Counted from the stretch's first letter, positions 29,175-39,590 are shown. The stretch is 64,000 bases of DNA from Candidatus Giovannonibacteria bacterium (GCA_023266875.1 JAHFOJ010000002.1:3163-67162); one strand, 5' to 3'. Program-made: numbers and translations. The notes: generated from the sequence alone by a model not told the origin.

Positions 29175-30299
29175 TTAATGCGACAATGCTAGTTTAAGTA
29201 TTTCTTCAGCAATCTTATCCGCAGCATCAAGCCGAGCAAATGCAGTCGCGGCCTTACGCATTCGTTCCACGGCCGCCTTATCCGCCTGCAGTTTTTTAAT
29301 TTCAAAAATAAGGAGGTGCGGTGTCAGATTTTTTTCTTCCATAACTATTGCCGCCCCGCATCTTGCATAGGCATAAGCGTTTTCGCGCTGTTCGTCCTGC
29401 GCGGCCGTCGGGAAAGGAATTAATATCGAAGGGAGCCCCCAGGCTGCAATCTCGAAAATAGCCCCCGCTCCCGCTCTTGAAACCACTAACGCGCTAACCA
29501 GCGCGGCATTTCTATACGCACCCTCATCTAAAAATTCGTAAACATGGTAGCGGTTTTTAGCATCCGTATTTTCAAAAACAATAGAGGCTCGCAATTTTGC
29601 TTCGCGAAAATTATTACGACCGGTAACGTGTATTATCTGGAAATCCCTGATTAATTCGGGCGCTATATCCAAGACAAAGTCGTTTAAAGCTTTGGCGCCA
29701 AGCGATCCTCCTAAGAATAAAATAGTGTCAACGCCGCTGTCTAAATTGAAAATTTCATTCGCTTCAACGACATTTCCGCCAATAATTTGTTTGCGCACTG
29801 GGTTCCCGGTAAGCGCAGTTCTTTCGGCCGGAAAATATTTTGCGGTTTCAGGGAAAGAAACCGCGATACGACTAGCGAACTTTGACGCCCATTTAGTGAC
29901 CTTGCCCGGAATTATATCCGACTCATGAATCACAAGCGGAATTTTGAATATTTTAGCCGCGACTAACGCTGGGAAACTATCATATCCGCCTTTCGCAAAA
30001 ATTACGTCCGGAAAATCAAGATAAATCTTAAATATAGCTTTTATAGCCCCCCAGAGCGTTTTAAAAGGATCGATTAAATTCATTATGGAAAAATACCGCC
30101 TAATTTTTCCTGACGGCAATTTCATGAATCTTATTTCCTCTTCAGAAAGCAATTGCGGATCGTATGGCTTGGATGCACCATATATCAGTTCCAGATCAAA
30201 TATCTTATCTCGTTCAGTTTTATCTTTAAGCGCCCGCGCTACGGCGATTAAAGGGTAAAAGTGCCCCCCAGTTCCACCTCCGGTTAAAAAAATTTTCAT
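29175..30299 (-). CDS. murG: Undecaprenyldiphospho-muramoylpentapeptide beta-N-acetylglucosaminyltransferase MurG
   Basis: MKIFLTGGGTGGHFYPLIAVARAL, the GT28 N- and C-domains and a C-terminal ...GAAIV motif region. Confidence 0.9.
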   Translation of the reverse strand: MKIFLTGGGTGGHFYPLIAVARALKDKTERDKIFDLELIYGASKPYDPQLLSEEEIRFMKLPSGKIRRYFSIMNLIDPFKTLWGAIKAIFKIYLDFPDVIFAKGGYDSFPALVAAKIFKIPLVIHESDIIPGKVTKWASKFASRIAVSFPETAKYFPAERTALTGNPVRKQIIGGNVVEANEIFNLDSGVDTILFLGGSLGAKALNDFVLDIAPELIRDFQIIHVTGRNNFREAKLRASIVFENTDAKNRYHVYEFLDEGAYRNAALVSALVVSRAGAGAIFEIAAWGLPSILIPFPTAAQDEQRENAYAYARCGAAIVMEEKNLTPHLLIFEIKKLQADKAAVERMRKAATAFARLDAADKIAEEILKLALSH

Positions 30300-30306
30300 A
30301 GATAAT

Positions 30307-31392
30307 CTATAATCTAGCCCTAGAAATATTCAGTAAAATTCCTATTTCAGCAAGCGTGATCGCGAGAGCCGAACCGCCTTGAGAAACAAACGGCAAAGGT
30401 ATACCCGTGAGCGGCAAAAGTCCGGACAGAGCCGCTATATTCACCAATGCTTGTACAATAATAAGTATAACAATTCCCGACCCAAAAAGTCTACCGAAAG
30501 AATCAGAAGCCTCGAGTGAAACCACAACTCCACGCCAAGCAAATAAAATAAATAAACTAACCAATATCGCGCTGCCCACAAATCCGAATTCTTCAGCGGC
30601 TACCGCGAAAATCGAATCACCCACCGGCTCCGGGAGATACTGAAACTTTTGCCTCGACATGCCAAACCCGCGCCCAAAAATACCGCCTGAACCAATGGCT
30701 ATAAGCGCTTGGCGCAATTGATATCCGGAACCCTGAGGATCGTGCGTCCGATCCGTAAAAACTTTAAAGCGCTCGAGGCGATACGGCTCAAAACGAACTA
30801 AAGCCGAAAAGAGCACTGCCCCAGCGAGAATTATTAAACAAATATGTTTAAGCGAACCACCCGCCGCTAGAAATAAAAAAAGTCCGGAGATGGCCATAAC
30901 TCCAAACGTCCCCACGTCCGGCTCTGATATTATAAGCGTGCCAGCCAAAACGCTGACTAAAATGAATGGCAATAACCCTTCTCTAAAAGTTTTTATGGCG
31001 GCGTATTTGGCTGAAAAGACGGCGGAAAGATAGGCGATATATGCGAATTTAATGAATTCCGATGGCTGAAAATTGACAGGCCCGAAGCCGATCCAGCGCC
31101 TCGCTCCGCCAAAAGATATTCCGATACTCGGGATAAGCACTAAAACTCCTAATATCAACCCTGCGACATATAGAGGAATAGCAAATTTTCGCCAAAATCT
31201 ATAAGGAATCCTTGAAGTTATGGCCATTGAAACAAGCCCCAAAGCTCCTCCCATGGCCAGTTGGCGCAAAACGTAATAGTAAGGAGACAGATCCTTCTTA
31301 GTAGTGAGGCCAATAGACGCTGAAGACAGTATAAAAAACCCAGCGAGCACTAGAATTAAAACAATCCATTTCAAAAGCGCGTCGGATCTCAT
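30307..31392 (-). CDS. ftsW: SEDS-family peptidoglycan glycosyltransferase FtsW/RodA
   Basis: A 10-TM profile with conserved blocks (PSEFIKF, SEPDVGT, AEEFGFVGS, TGIPLPFVSQGGSA). Confidence 0.88.
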   Translation of the reverse strand: MRSDALLKWIVLILVLAGFFILSSASIGLTTKKDLSPYYYVLRQLAMGGALGLVSMAITSRIPYRFWRKFAIPLYVAGLILGVLVLIPSIGISFGGARRWIGFGPVNFQPSEFIKFAYIAYLSAVFSAKYAAIKTFREGLLPFILVSVLAGTLIISEPDVGTFGVMAISGLFLFLAAGGSLKHICLIILAGAVLFSALVRFEPYRLERFKVFTDRTHDPQGSGYQLRQALIAIGSGGIFGRGFGMSRQKFQYLPEPVGDSIFAVAAEEFGFVGSAILVSLFILFAWRGVVVSLEASDSFGRLFGSGIVILIIVQALVNIAALSGLLPLTGIPLPFVSQGGSALAITLAEIGILLNISRARL

Positions 31393-32699
31393 TTAAGTTC
31401 GCGCACCCACCTTTTAAATTTGTTACCGCGGTCCTCATAATTTTTAAATTCATCAAAGCTTGTTGTACTTGGCTCTAATGCGACTGTGTCGCCTGGCTTT
31501 GCCAGTGTCGCTGCAGATTTCAATGCACCTTGAAGAGTTAACGCTACTTTAAAATTTTTCTTGCCCGATTTTTTAAAGTGGCGTGAAAGTTCTCGCCTCG
31601 CTTGCCCAAAGAATATTACGAATTTGACATCCGGATGAGCAAGCCGGCGCGCGAGTTGCCCGAGATTTAGATTTTTATTATGCCCGCCGGAAAGAACGAT
31701 CTTTTGGCCTCCAATAGAATTTATACCTTCGATTGCGGAGCCGACATTCGTCGCTTTCGAATCATTAAAATAATTAACACCATGTAATTCTCGCACAAAT
31801 TCATTTCGATGCGGCAAACCTTTAAAAGTTTTTAGCGCTTTTTGAATTGATTTTATTTTGACACCGAGGGCAATCGCCGCGAGAATCGCCGCCATGGCAT
31901 TTTTCAAATTATGATTTCCTACTAAGTGAAAATCGCTAAGCGGAAAAATCGCCCCCAATTTTTTATGGAAAATGTGATTTTCGCTCACATAGATATCCGC
32001 GTTCTTATTTTTTAGCGAGAATTTATATTTTTTTCCTTTTGAGTAGGAGGAGGCTCTTTGCGAACGGCGGTTGTCCAAATTATATATAACTGTATCCGAC
32101 CTTTCTTGGAACCGAGAAATGTTCGCTTTAGCGGAATAATATTCAGACAAGGTTTTATGCTTATCTAAATGCTCATCGTAAATATCAAGGATAACCGCGA
32201 TTTCCGGAGAAATTTCTAAGTCCTGAAGCTGGAAACTCGAAAGCTCAAGAATCGTAATATCTCTCTTGCTTAATTTACCCAAAAGCGGCAAAGGGTTTAT
32301 TCCAATGTTGCCAGCTAAATTAACACGCTTGCCTGATTCGCGAAGAATTTTGTAAATTAAAGAAACGGTGGTGGTCTTTCCTGCGCTCCCCGTTACGCCC
32401 ACGACCTTGCCAAGTTTTTTTGACATAAAAAGGCGAGTAAGACTAGAAACATTCCCACTTAGTTTATTTAATTGCGGAAGGTTTAACGGGATGCCCGGGC
32501 TTCTATAAACCACATCAAAGCTACCCAAATTATCGAGATAACGACTACCAAGTATGGCGTGCGTCCCTTTAGGCAATTTTATATTTTCATTCTTATCTCG
32601 AATTTCTATATTAACCTCATCTTTTTTCTTCAGATAAGAAAAGAGGGCTTGGCCCTCGAGCCCAAAACCCAGAATCGCGATCTTCTCCTTATTCTTCAT
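31389..32699 (-). CDS. murD: UDP-N-acetylmuramoylalanine--D-glutamate ligase MurD
   Basis: A Mur ligase Walker-like GVTGSAGKTTT and the central and C-terminal Mur ligase domains. It sits in dcw-cluster context. Confidence 0.88.
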   Translation of the reverse strand: MKNKEKIAILGFGLEGQALFSYLKKKDEVNIEIRDKNENIKLPKGTHAILGSRYLDNLGSFDVVYRSPGIPLNLPQLNKLSGNVSSLTRLFMSKKLGKVVGVTGSAGKTTTVSLIYKILRESGKRVNLAGNIGINPLPLLGKLSKRDITILELSSFQLQDLEISPEIAVILDIYDEHLDKHKTLSEYYSAKANISRFQERSDTVIYNLDNRRSQRASSYSKGKKYKFSLKNKNADIYVSENHIFHKKLGAIFPLSDFHLVGNHNLKNAMAAILAAIALGVKIKSIQKALKTFKGLPHRNEFVRELHGVNYFNDSKATNVGSAIEGINSIGGQKIVLSGGHNKNLNLGQLARRLAHPDVKFVIFFGQARRELSRHFKKSGKKNFKVALTLQGALKSAATLAKPGDTVALEPSTTSFDEFKNYEDRGNKFKRWVRELK

Positions 32700-34294
32700 A
32701 ATTTCCTGATTACCCGGCCTGCAAGTTTCCCTGTAACTTCTCCGGATTTCGCCGCAAGTTCTCCATTCACATAAACCGCCTCAACTCCTTCATTTCTTAA
32801 ATAAGGGTCCTTATAATCGGATGGGGCGTGAAGAGACGCCGGATCCAGTATAACCAAATCAGCATAATAGCCCTTCTCTATTTTCCCTCTGTTTTTAATC
32901 CCCAACACATCTGCTGGAAATTCCGTCAATTTATAAATGACTTCTCCAAGAGCTAATTTTGATTTTCCGCTGGCGTAATTCTCAATCGCCTTAATCATCG
33001 CGCCGAGCGATCTTGGATGGGGCGAATCAAAATCCATGCCGGTTTTCGGCCAACTTCGCCCTTCCCCGTCGGTAGCGAACATCGAATAATCTTTAGACGC
33101 GAGCGCGCTTAAATGATCTGAAGAAATTACTTCATTGAAAATGGATACGCCAAGCCCGTTGATTTCGATCATTTTTATCAGGCATTCTTCAGGAGAAATG
33201 CCAGCCCTCGATGCAAGATCAGAAATTGTCTTTCCTAAAACAGTTTTATCTTCAAACGCCGAAGCTACAATTATCTTATCGTAATGAAGCGTGAGCGAGG
33301 AAAGATAATCAATGACCTCTCGGCGTTTTGCCCTGTCGTGAAGTGAAAATAATATTTTTTCCTTGCCGTCTTCTAAGATCCAAGGCGGCAAGAGCTGATA
33401 GAGAAGCGAGCCCGTCTTGGTGTAAGGGAAAAAATCTATGGTCAGACGCGCGCCCTCAGAGCGGGCGCTTTCAATTAGCGCGAGCGCATCATTAAACGAG
33501 TTCCATGACTGTCGTCCCAGCACCTTAAAATGCGAAAATTGCATTTTTCCTCCCGATTCGTGGAAGACGTCTATTAATTCCACGATCGCGGGCATAATAT
33601 TTCGTCCTTCATCTTTCAAGTGATGTTTTGTAATTCCCTCTTCCTTCGATACCACCTTAAAAAGTCGTAGAAGTTCTTCTTTCGCCGTTCCCCGCCCATG
33701 CGCCGCTCCAAGAGCGGTAGACATGCCAAAGGCGCCTTCGTCCATAGACTCGCGGAGCAATATTTCCATCTCTGAAATTTCTTCTCTGTTAGCCGGGCGG
33801 GACTCGTCGCCTACGATGCCCCTCCTTAGAGTGCCATGCCCAACCAAAGCCCCAAAATTTACACCCAATGACCGACGGCTAAGCTCGCTTAAAAGTTCAG
33901 AAACACGACGCCAATTGATATTGATATCTCGAATATTAACCCATTTCTGGATTCCTTCTATATCTTCCCCCTTAACCAGCGGCGCGAGCGACGAACCGCA
34001 ATTCCCGCCAATTATGGTGGTTACCCCTTGAAGAAGCATGCTCTCCTGCCCGGGCGCGTTAAATAAAGTCCAATGCGTATCGGAATGATTTGTGATATCT
34101 ATAAAACCTGGCGTGATGATTTTTCCGGTCGCGTCAATAATTGTTTTAGCATTCGCGCCTGTAAGATCGCCTGTATCCGCGATAGCATCGCCTTTGATAG
34201 CGACATCCATGCGTGAAAATTTTCTATCCTTATGGACATCAGCGTTTTTTATCAATACCGAATATTCCGCCATATAATTATTATAGCAAATCAA
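32696..34294 (-). CDS. N-acyl-D-amino-acid deacylase (D-aminoacylase) family amidohydrolase
   Basis: PGFIDITNHSDTHW...QGVTTIIGGNCGSS is an amidohydrolase metal-binding pattern typical of D-aminoacylases. It is inserted between murD and mraY. Confidence 0.75.
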   Translation of the reverse strand: MICYNNYMAEYSVLIKNADVHKDRKFSRMDVAIKGDAIADTGDLTGANAKTIIDATGKIITPGFIDITNHSDTHWTLFNAPGQESMLLQGVTTIIGGNCGSSLAPLVKGEDIEGIQKWVNIRDININWRRVSELLSELSRRSLGVNFGALVGHGTLRRGIVGDESRPANREEISEMEILLRESMDEGAFGMSTALGAAHGRGTAKEELLRLFKVVSKEEGITKHHLKDEGRNIMPAIVELIDVFHESGGKMQFSHFKVLGRQSWNSFNDALALIESARSEGARLTIDFFPYTKTGSLLYQLLPPWILEDGKEKILFSLHDRAKRREVIDYLSSLTLHYDKIIVASAFEDKTVLGKTISDLASRAGISPEECLIKMIEINGLGVSIFNEVISSDHLSALASKDYSMFATDGEGRSWPKTGMDFDSPHPRSLGAMIKAIENYASGKSKLALGEVIYKLTEFPADVLGIKNRGKIEKGYYADLVILDPASLHAPSDYKDPYLRNEGVEAVYVNGELAAKSGEVTGKLAGRVIRKL

Positions 34295-34324
34295 ATAGAA
34301 AATTCTTGCATATCCAATATCAAG

Positions 34325-35377
34325 TCAGCGCCCCAATAGAGCCGTAACCATGCCGACTATGGCAGAGACAGCGGCGAGAACCCATGTCCTCATTACCACT
34401 TTGTACGAGGGCCATCCCAAAGCCTCAAAATGATGGTGCAGAGGGGCAACCAAAAAAACTTTGCGTCCTAAAAAACGCTTGGAGAAAAGCTGGATTATCA
34501 CAGATGAAGAATCTAGAACAAGGGGCAGGGCGATAATCGGAAGAACTAAAACTGCATCGGTTAAAAATGCTATGACCGTAAGCGCGGCCGTGAGTCCAAT
34601 TATGCCCGTCTCCCCCATATAAAATCTGGCGGGAGGAATGTTAAACCACAAAAAAGCTGAAATGGCGCCCGCGATAACCGCCGAAAGAGTCGCAAGGTCT
34701 ATTTGGTTTTGGAAAAAAGCGATGCCGGCGTAAGCAGAAAAAATCATAGCCATCACTCCCCCAGCAAGCCCGTCAAGCCCGTCAATTACGCCGCCTGAAA
34801 AAGTAGCGAGCATCACGAGCACAAAAAATATCGGGAAAAACCAGCCGAGCGAAAAATCTCCCTGAAATGGAATATAAATATGGTTAATATCGAGCTTCAC
34901 GAAAAACCACCACGCACCCACGAGTGCGATTAAAATAACCAAAAATATGCGCGCCGTTAGCCGCATGCCTCCGCCGGCATAACTTCCCTTGCCGAATACC
35001 TGCTCTAAATCGTCCGCCAAACCGACAAGTGACGCCGCAACAAGAGTGAAAAGCGGAAGCCATGTCTGCGAACGAGAAAGAAAATTCAACTTAGAAAAAA
35101 GCGGGCTGCCGGCGAGCGACAATGCCCAGATCGCAAGTGAAATAACAAGCGTCACTCCCCAAACTAAAATCCCGCCCATTCGGGGAGTCTTTTTTTCTTC
35201 GTCGTTATGCAAACGCTGGGAAATTTGCGCGACCTTGCCATCAATTGTTTTCGGAACGCTATGCTTCTTCCAAAGCTTATATTTGTAAAGATAATGCGTT
35301 AAAATCGGCGTGGTCAAAATGCCAACAATAAACGCCAGCGCCGAGAGTCCAAAAACTTTTAAGACATTTAAGATCAT
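34325..35377 (-). CDS. mraY: Phospho-N-acetylmuramoyl-pentapeptide transferase MraY
   Basis: A 10-TM protein with ...GLADDL..., ...VIDGLDGLAGG... and ...PLHHHFE... motifs. Confidence 0.92.
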   Translation of the reverse strand: MILNVLKVFGLSALAFIVGILTTPILTHYLYKYKLWKKHSVPKTIDGKVAQISQRLHNDEEKKTPRMGGILVWGVTLVISLAIWALSLAGSPLFSKLNFLSRSQTWLPLFTLVAASLVGLADDLEQVFGKGSYAGGGMRLTARIFLVILIALVGAWWFFVKLDINHIYIPFQGDFSLGWFFPIFFVLVMLATFSGGVIDGLDGLAGGVMAMIFSAYAGIAFFQNQIDLATLSAVIAGAISAFLWFNIPPARFYMGETGIIGLTAALTVIAFLTDAVLVLPIIALPLVLDSSSVIIQLFSKRFLGRKVFLVAPLHHHFEALGWPSYKVVMRTWVLAAVSAIVGMVTALLGR

Positions 35378-36429
35378 AATCCTACATTACTTCCATTTTT
35401 TTCTGATGCAAAATAAATTAAGACGGCGTTAGCAATCTGTGCAGCATCAAAAAAACGCCCCTCTTCGCTTGAACCTAAGATTGAAACAACAATGGGATGT
35501 TCAAAACCGGCATCGAAAATAAAAACTAAGTTTCCTCCCGCAAGATCAGTATATCCTGTTTTTGACGCGAGGATACGCGGAACTAAGCTAAATGATTTGT
35601 TCGTGCTTACGCCAGATATGACTCTATTCTTATCTGAAACAATTTTTATACTCTCGGCTCCAGTCGCAAGCATCATGCTGTTATGATTTTGAAACAAGTA
35701 CTCCATAAGTCCCGCAACATCTTTCGCGCTGCCTTCTGCCCCATCCGCATCACCGCCGCCATCTTTAATATCGAGTCCATTTGGATTTGAAAACGACAGG
35801 CTTAAAAAATCTAATTCTCTTGCGCGTTGGTTCATAAGCATTACAAACCTTGCCGGCGTGCTCCCGTTGCCATCAAGGCTAGAACCAACAAATCCGGCAA
35901 GGGCATATGCCGCATCATTTGAAGAGGAGACAAGCATATAGTTTAATAAGTCTTCTTTCTTAAATTTATCCCCGGCCCGGAAGCCATCATCGCCTTCTTC
36001 GCGTATCGCTTCGATTGAAATCGGGACATAAAATCCAGCGGGGATGCGCTCCTCGGATACAAGCGCGGTCATCAGTTTGGTTATGCTCGCAAGCGGCCTT
36101 AAAACATCGCTGTCTTTTTCAAATAAAACTTTATTTTCTTTCAGATCAAAAACATACGCGCTCTTTGCTTCAATATCCAGATTCTTGAAAGGATCAACTG
36201 ACTCTGTGTTTTCACGTTTCGCCCCTTCGCTTCTAGGCACGCTTAAATTAATAGACGAGAATGCACCTGCCTCTTGATCTTTAAATATCTTATAATCTAC
36301 CGCCCTAGCACCAGTGACAATCCCCAATTCTGGCACCGACGTCCTAAAAACGAAAAATGAGAACAAAAAGAAAATCCCGAGAACAATTATTTTCTGTAAC
36401 TTTTCATCCATTGTTTTTCTCTCCATTTT
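35374..36429 (-). CDS. D-alanyl-D-alanine carboxypeptidase (S11 serine peptidase, DacA-like)
   Basis: SxxK (SITKLM), SxN (SSSND) and KTG (KTGYT) motifs. The track start at 36474 overlaps scpB; the internal Met at 36429 or 36414 is more likely. Confidence 0.8.
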   Translation of the reverse strand, partial: KMERKTMDEKLQKIIVLGIFFLFSFFVFRTSVPELGIVTGARAVDYKIFKDQEAGAFSSINLSVPRSEGAKRENTESVDPFKNLDIEAKSAYVFDLKENKVLFEKDSDVLRPLASITKLMTALVSEERIPAGFYVPISIEAIREEGDDGFRAGDKFKKEDLLNYMLVSSSNDAAYALAGFVGSSLDGNGSTPARFVMLMNQRARELDFLSLSFSNPNGLDIKDGGGDADGAEGSAKDVAGLMEYLFQNHNSMMLATGAESIKIVSDKNRVISGVSTNKSFSLVPRILASKTGYTDLAGGNLVFIFDAGFEHPIVVSILGSSEEGRFFDAAQIANAVLIYFASEKNGSNVGL

Positions 36430-36958
36430 TTTCGCTTTTACGCAAATTTTCCATCTCGGTTCTGAATTCTTCAAAGTCCGGCAATTTTTTAATCTCCCCT
36501 ATTCCGACAAATTTAAGAAATTCAAAAGTCGGGCGATATAGCCACGCGCGCGCGTCTTTAGGGTCAGAAACTCGCTCTATAAGCCCGCGTATCATTAAAT
36601 TTCTCACAGTGAAACTCGAATTTACAGCTCTTATATAATCAATTTCGGAACGCGTAAGCGGGCCTTTGTAAACAATAATGGCGAGCGTCTCAAGCACCGC
36701 GCGCGATAAATCTTGCCCGATCTCATCTTTGGCGAAATCAGCTGTAAATTTTGCGAGTTCGGGTGCTGATGCCATCATAAATTCTCCGTCTTTTTTGACA
36801 ATGGCGAGCCCGCGGGATTGAAGCGACTCCTCTAGCTCTTTGATGCCGCGGTTTACCAAATCCTCTTTCACTTTTAGAAATAAGGCGAGACGCGAAAGAG
36901 ACATTGGCTCACCTTTTAGAAATAATATTGCTTCTATTTTTTTAGAAATGTCGCTCAT
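36404..36958 (-). CDS. scpB: Segregation and condensation protein B
   Basis: Tandem wHTH pattern (IEAILFLKGEPMSLSRLA...; LETLAIIVYKGPLTRSEID). It lies downstream of scpA. Confidence 0.88.
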   Translation of the reverse strand: MSDISKKIEAILFLKGEPMSLSRLALFLKVKEDLVNRGIKELEESLQSRGLAIVKKDGEFMMASAPELAKFTADFAKDEIGQDLSRAVLETLAIIVYKGPLTRSEIDYIRAVNSSFTVRNLMIRGLIERVSDPKDARAWLYRPTFEFLKFVGIGEIKKLPDFEEFRTEMENLRKSEKNGEKNNG

Positions 36959-37656
36959 TAATTCGTTTTTTCGAGCTCAATATTTCCAAACCGTTCCTCT
37001 TGGCTGACCAATAGCGCCCCTTCTTTCACAAGCTCGAGAAGCGCTAAAAATCCAATGATCACTTCCGTTTTGTTTTTCGCGCCTACCACATCCTTAAACG
37101 AAGCCTTTAAGCGCTCAGACAATCGCCTAATCAATTCCACCATTTTTTCTTCAATTGAGATTACTTTCTCAAGCGTTTTGGATGGCAATTCTTTTAACTT
37201 TGGGAATCCAGCGACTAAATTTTTCAGAGACAAATTAAGCGACCCAATCGAAACTCCTATTGGCTCAATAAACCCAAAATCCATGCCTTTGAAAGCTTCT
37301 CTTGAAAACATTTGGTTTAGCCCCCAAGCTTCCTTAATATTAAGCCCAAGTTCGCGCAGGCGCTGAAGCAGCTTCAATCTTGTTTCTAAATCATAAATCC
37401 CTTCCGTTTCTTCCTTTGTCAATTCAAGCGTTGGTAAAAGCGATCGGGATTTTATAAGCATCAAAGTGGAAGCAACCACAAGAAAATCAGCGGCTTCAGC
37501 GCGCGGGAAATCAGTCAACTTTCTCATGTGCTTGATATACTCATCCGTAACGGCCGACAAAGAAACAACTGATATCGAAAGCTTTTGCACCTCAATTAAA
37601 TCGAGGAGCAAATCAAGCGGCCCTTCAAATCCGCTAAGTTTTACGTTGAATTTCAT
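36958..37656 (-). CDS. scpA: Segregation and condensation protein A
   Basis: FEGPLDLLLDLIEVQKLSISVVSLSAVTDEY... is a kleisin ScpA pattern. Confidence 0.88.
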   Translation of the reverse strand: MKFNVKLSGFEGPLDLLLDLIEVQKLSISVVSLSAVTDEYIKHMRKLTDFPRAEAADFLVVASTLMLIKSRSLLPTLELTKEETEGIYDLETRLKLLQRLRELGLNIKEAWGLNQMFSREAFKGMDFGFIEPIGVSIGSLNLSLKNLVAGFPKLKELPSKTLEKVISIEEKMVELIRRLSERLKASFKDVVGAKNKTEVIIGFLALLELVKEGALLVSQEERFGNIELEKTN

Positions 37657-39071
37657 TTTTTGTCTTTTTTAATTTCGAGCCCCAATTCTTTCAGCTGCGC
37701 TTCTGATACTTCCGAAGGCGCCCCCATCATCAGATCTCGCCCTTCGCCTGTCTTTGGAAACGCGATCACTTCGCGGATATTCGGCTCATTCATTAAAATC
37801 ATAATGAGCCGGTCTATGCCAGGCGCGATCCCGCCGTGCGGAGGCACGCCAAAGCGAAATGCCTCAAACATATGTCCAAACTGGCGCTTGATATCTTCTT
37901 TTTTGTTGCCAAGTGCTTCAAAAACTGCTTTCAGAAGTTCCGGATCATGAACGCGGATCGACCCGCCTCCAACTTCAAAACCGTTTAGGACAAAATCATA
38001 TTGATCAGCAAGCATCTCCCCGGGGCGTTCCTTAAATTCCTTCCAAAATTCATCTACATTTTCCACTTGCGGTTTCGTGAATGGATGATGTGTCGCATCC
38101 CATCTCTTCTCCATTTCTCTCCATTCAAACGCCGGAAAATCCTCGACGAAAAGAAACGCAAGCTCATCGGGATTATTTTTGTCATTTCGAATATCAGGCT
38201 TGTCAGAACCATATTTTTTCATTGCTTCCTTATAAGTAATCCGCGGAATTTTGCCATCGGGATCGAGCGTAAGTTTTTTTTCTGGATACAGAGACCTGGC
38301 GAGAGCCAGGAACAAACCTTCAGTCAAGCGAAGCACATCTTCCTTTGTTACAAAACTCATTTCCAAATCCAGCTGGGTGAATTCGGGCTGGCGATCGCCC
38401 CGCGTGTCTTCGTCCCTAAAGCAGCGCGCAATCTGAAAATATTTTTCAAAGCCCGCGACCATTAATAGCTGCTTATATTGTTGCGGGGATTGCGGCAAGG
38501 CGTAAAAAGAACCCTGTTCAAGACGCGACGGCACAAGATAGTCTCGCGCGCCTTCCGGAGTTGACTTTGATAGAATTGGAGTTTCTATTTCTATAAAATC
38601 GCGCTCGGTCAAAAAATCTCGAATGAATTTTATTATCCTTGCGCGCTCGCGGAGATTCTTTGAAAGCCGTGGTCTGCGTAAATCTAGATATCGGTATTTC
38701 ATCCGAACATCCTCACCAATGTCATAGCCGGCGCTGGAAAGATCGAATGGCGGAGTATTTGCCTCGGCCAATATTCTTATCTCCGCGACCTTCATCTCAA
38801 TTTTACCCGTCGGGCTTTCAGAATTTATCATATCTGCCGGCCGCTCCTTGATCTCACCTGTAACAGAAACCACCCATTCCGGACGCAATTTCTGCGCTAA
38901 AACGCGCAGTTCTTCCGGTTTCGGAGCAACCACTAACTGGATTTTCCCCAAACTGTCGCGCAGGTCAAAAAAAATAAGCTTGCCGTGATCTCGTCTGACA
39001 TCAATCCATCCGCAAAGCTCTACTTTTTCGCCCAAATGCTCCGCGCTATCTGTGGTATATATCCTTGACAT
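37653..39071 (-). CDS. aspS: Aspartyl-tRNA synthetase (short type lacking the GAD insertion)
   Basis: An N-terminal OB domain and class II motifs (FYALPQSPQQYKQLLMV; FRDEDTRGDRQPEFTQLD; GGGSIRVHDPE...GIAPGIDRL). It is 472 aa. Confidence 0.92.
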   Translation of the reverse strand: MSRIYTTDSAEHLGEKVELCGWIDVRRDHGKLIFFDLRDSLGKIQLVVAPKPEELRVLAQKLRPEWVVSVTGEIKERPADMINSESPTGKIEMKVAEIRILAEANTPPFDLSSAGYDIGEDVRMKYRYLDLRRPRLSKNLRERARIIKFIRDFLTERDFIEIETPILSKSTPEGARDYLVPSRLEQGSFYALPQSPQQYKQLLMVAGFEKYFQIARCFRDEDTRGDRQPEFTQLDLEMSFVTKEDVLRLTEGLFLALARSLYPEKKLTLDPDGKIPRITYKEAMKKYGSDKPDIRNDKNNPDELAFLFVEDFPAFEWREMEKRWDATHHPFTKPQVENVDEFWKEFKERPGEMLADQYDFVLNGFEVGGGSIRVHDPELLKAVFEALGNKKEDIKRQFGHMFEAFRFGVPPHGGIAPGIDRLIMILMNEPNIREVIAFPKTGEGRDLMMGAPSEVSEAQLKELGLEIKKDKK

Positions 39072-39212
39072 AAAAAAATAATAGCATAATTAATTAATTT
39101 TTTACATATGCTAACTTTCTGACAATCATCTTCTTTAACTCATAATTGACTATCTTGCGTATTTCCTGCTAAACCTCAACTATCTTTAAATCATCTTAAT
39201 GCAAAATATTAT

Positions 39213-39239
39213 CTATTTACATATTCGTACGAATACATC
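39213..39239. promoter_or_regulatory. Copy B of the repeated motif CTATTTACATATTCGTACGAATAC (palindromic core ATTCGTACGAAT)
   Basis: A 14-bp perfect palindrome TATTCGTACGAATA lies in the aspS upstream region, downstream of arsR. Confidence 0.5.
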
Positions 39240-39279
39240 ACCAACATTAGCAACTAACAATTACACACAAGCAGTCATA

Positions 39280-39561
39280 TTATAGAATAAACGGAAATAT
39301 TTTCGTCAATACTCTCGGCACACTATCGGCAATCCTATATTCAATAATATTCATCCTTCTTTGATTTTCTAGAACGCCCGCGTTCAGAAGTGTTTTTAAA
39401 TGGTGTGAGGTAGACCGAAACGATAAATCAATCTCATCAGCAATCTCGCCGACAGACAGCTCTTTTTTAGATTTTAATGTTCTAATAATTGCAAGCCGTT
39501 TGTCATTAGCAAGCGCCTTTAAAAGGTTTTCTAGGTTTTTCATAATTGCATTATAGTCCAT
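39280..39561 (-). CDS. ArsR/SmtB-family transcriptional regulator
   Basis: 93 aa with a wHTH (LKALANDKRLAIIRTLKSKKELSVGEIADEIDLSFRSTSHHLKTLLNAGVLE). Confidence 0.85.
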   Translation of the reverse strand: MDYNAIMKNLENLLKALANDKRLAIIRTLKSKKELSVGEIADEIDLSFRSTSHHLKTLLNAGVLENQRRMNIIEYRIADSVPRVLTKIFPFIL

Positions 39562-39570
39562 GAAAGGTTA

Positions 39571-39590
39571 CTTACAAATTCGTACGAATA
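39571..39590. promoter_or_regulatory. Copy C, the palindrome AATTCGTACGAATA, immediately upstream of the arsR start
   Basis: Seen directly. It lies 10-30 nt upstream of the ArsR ATG on the minus strand, between a TATAAG -10-like box and the start codon. Confidence 0.5.
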
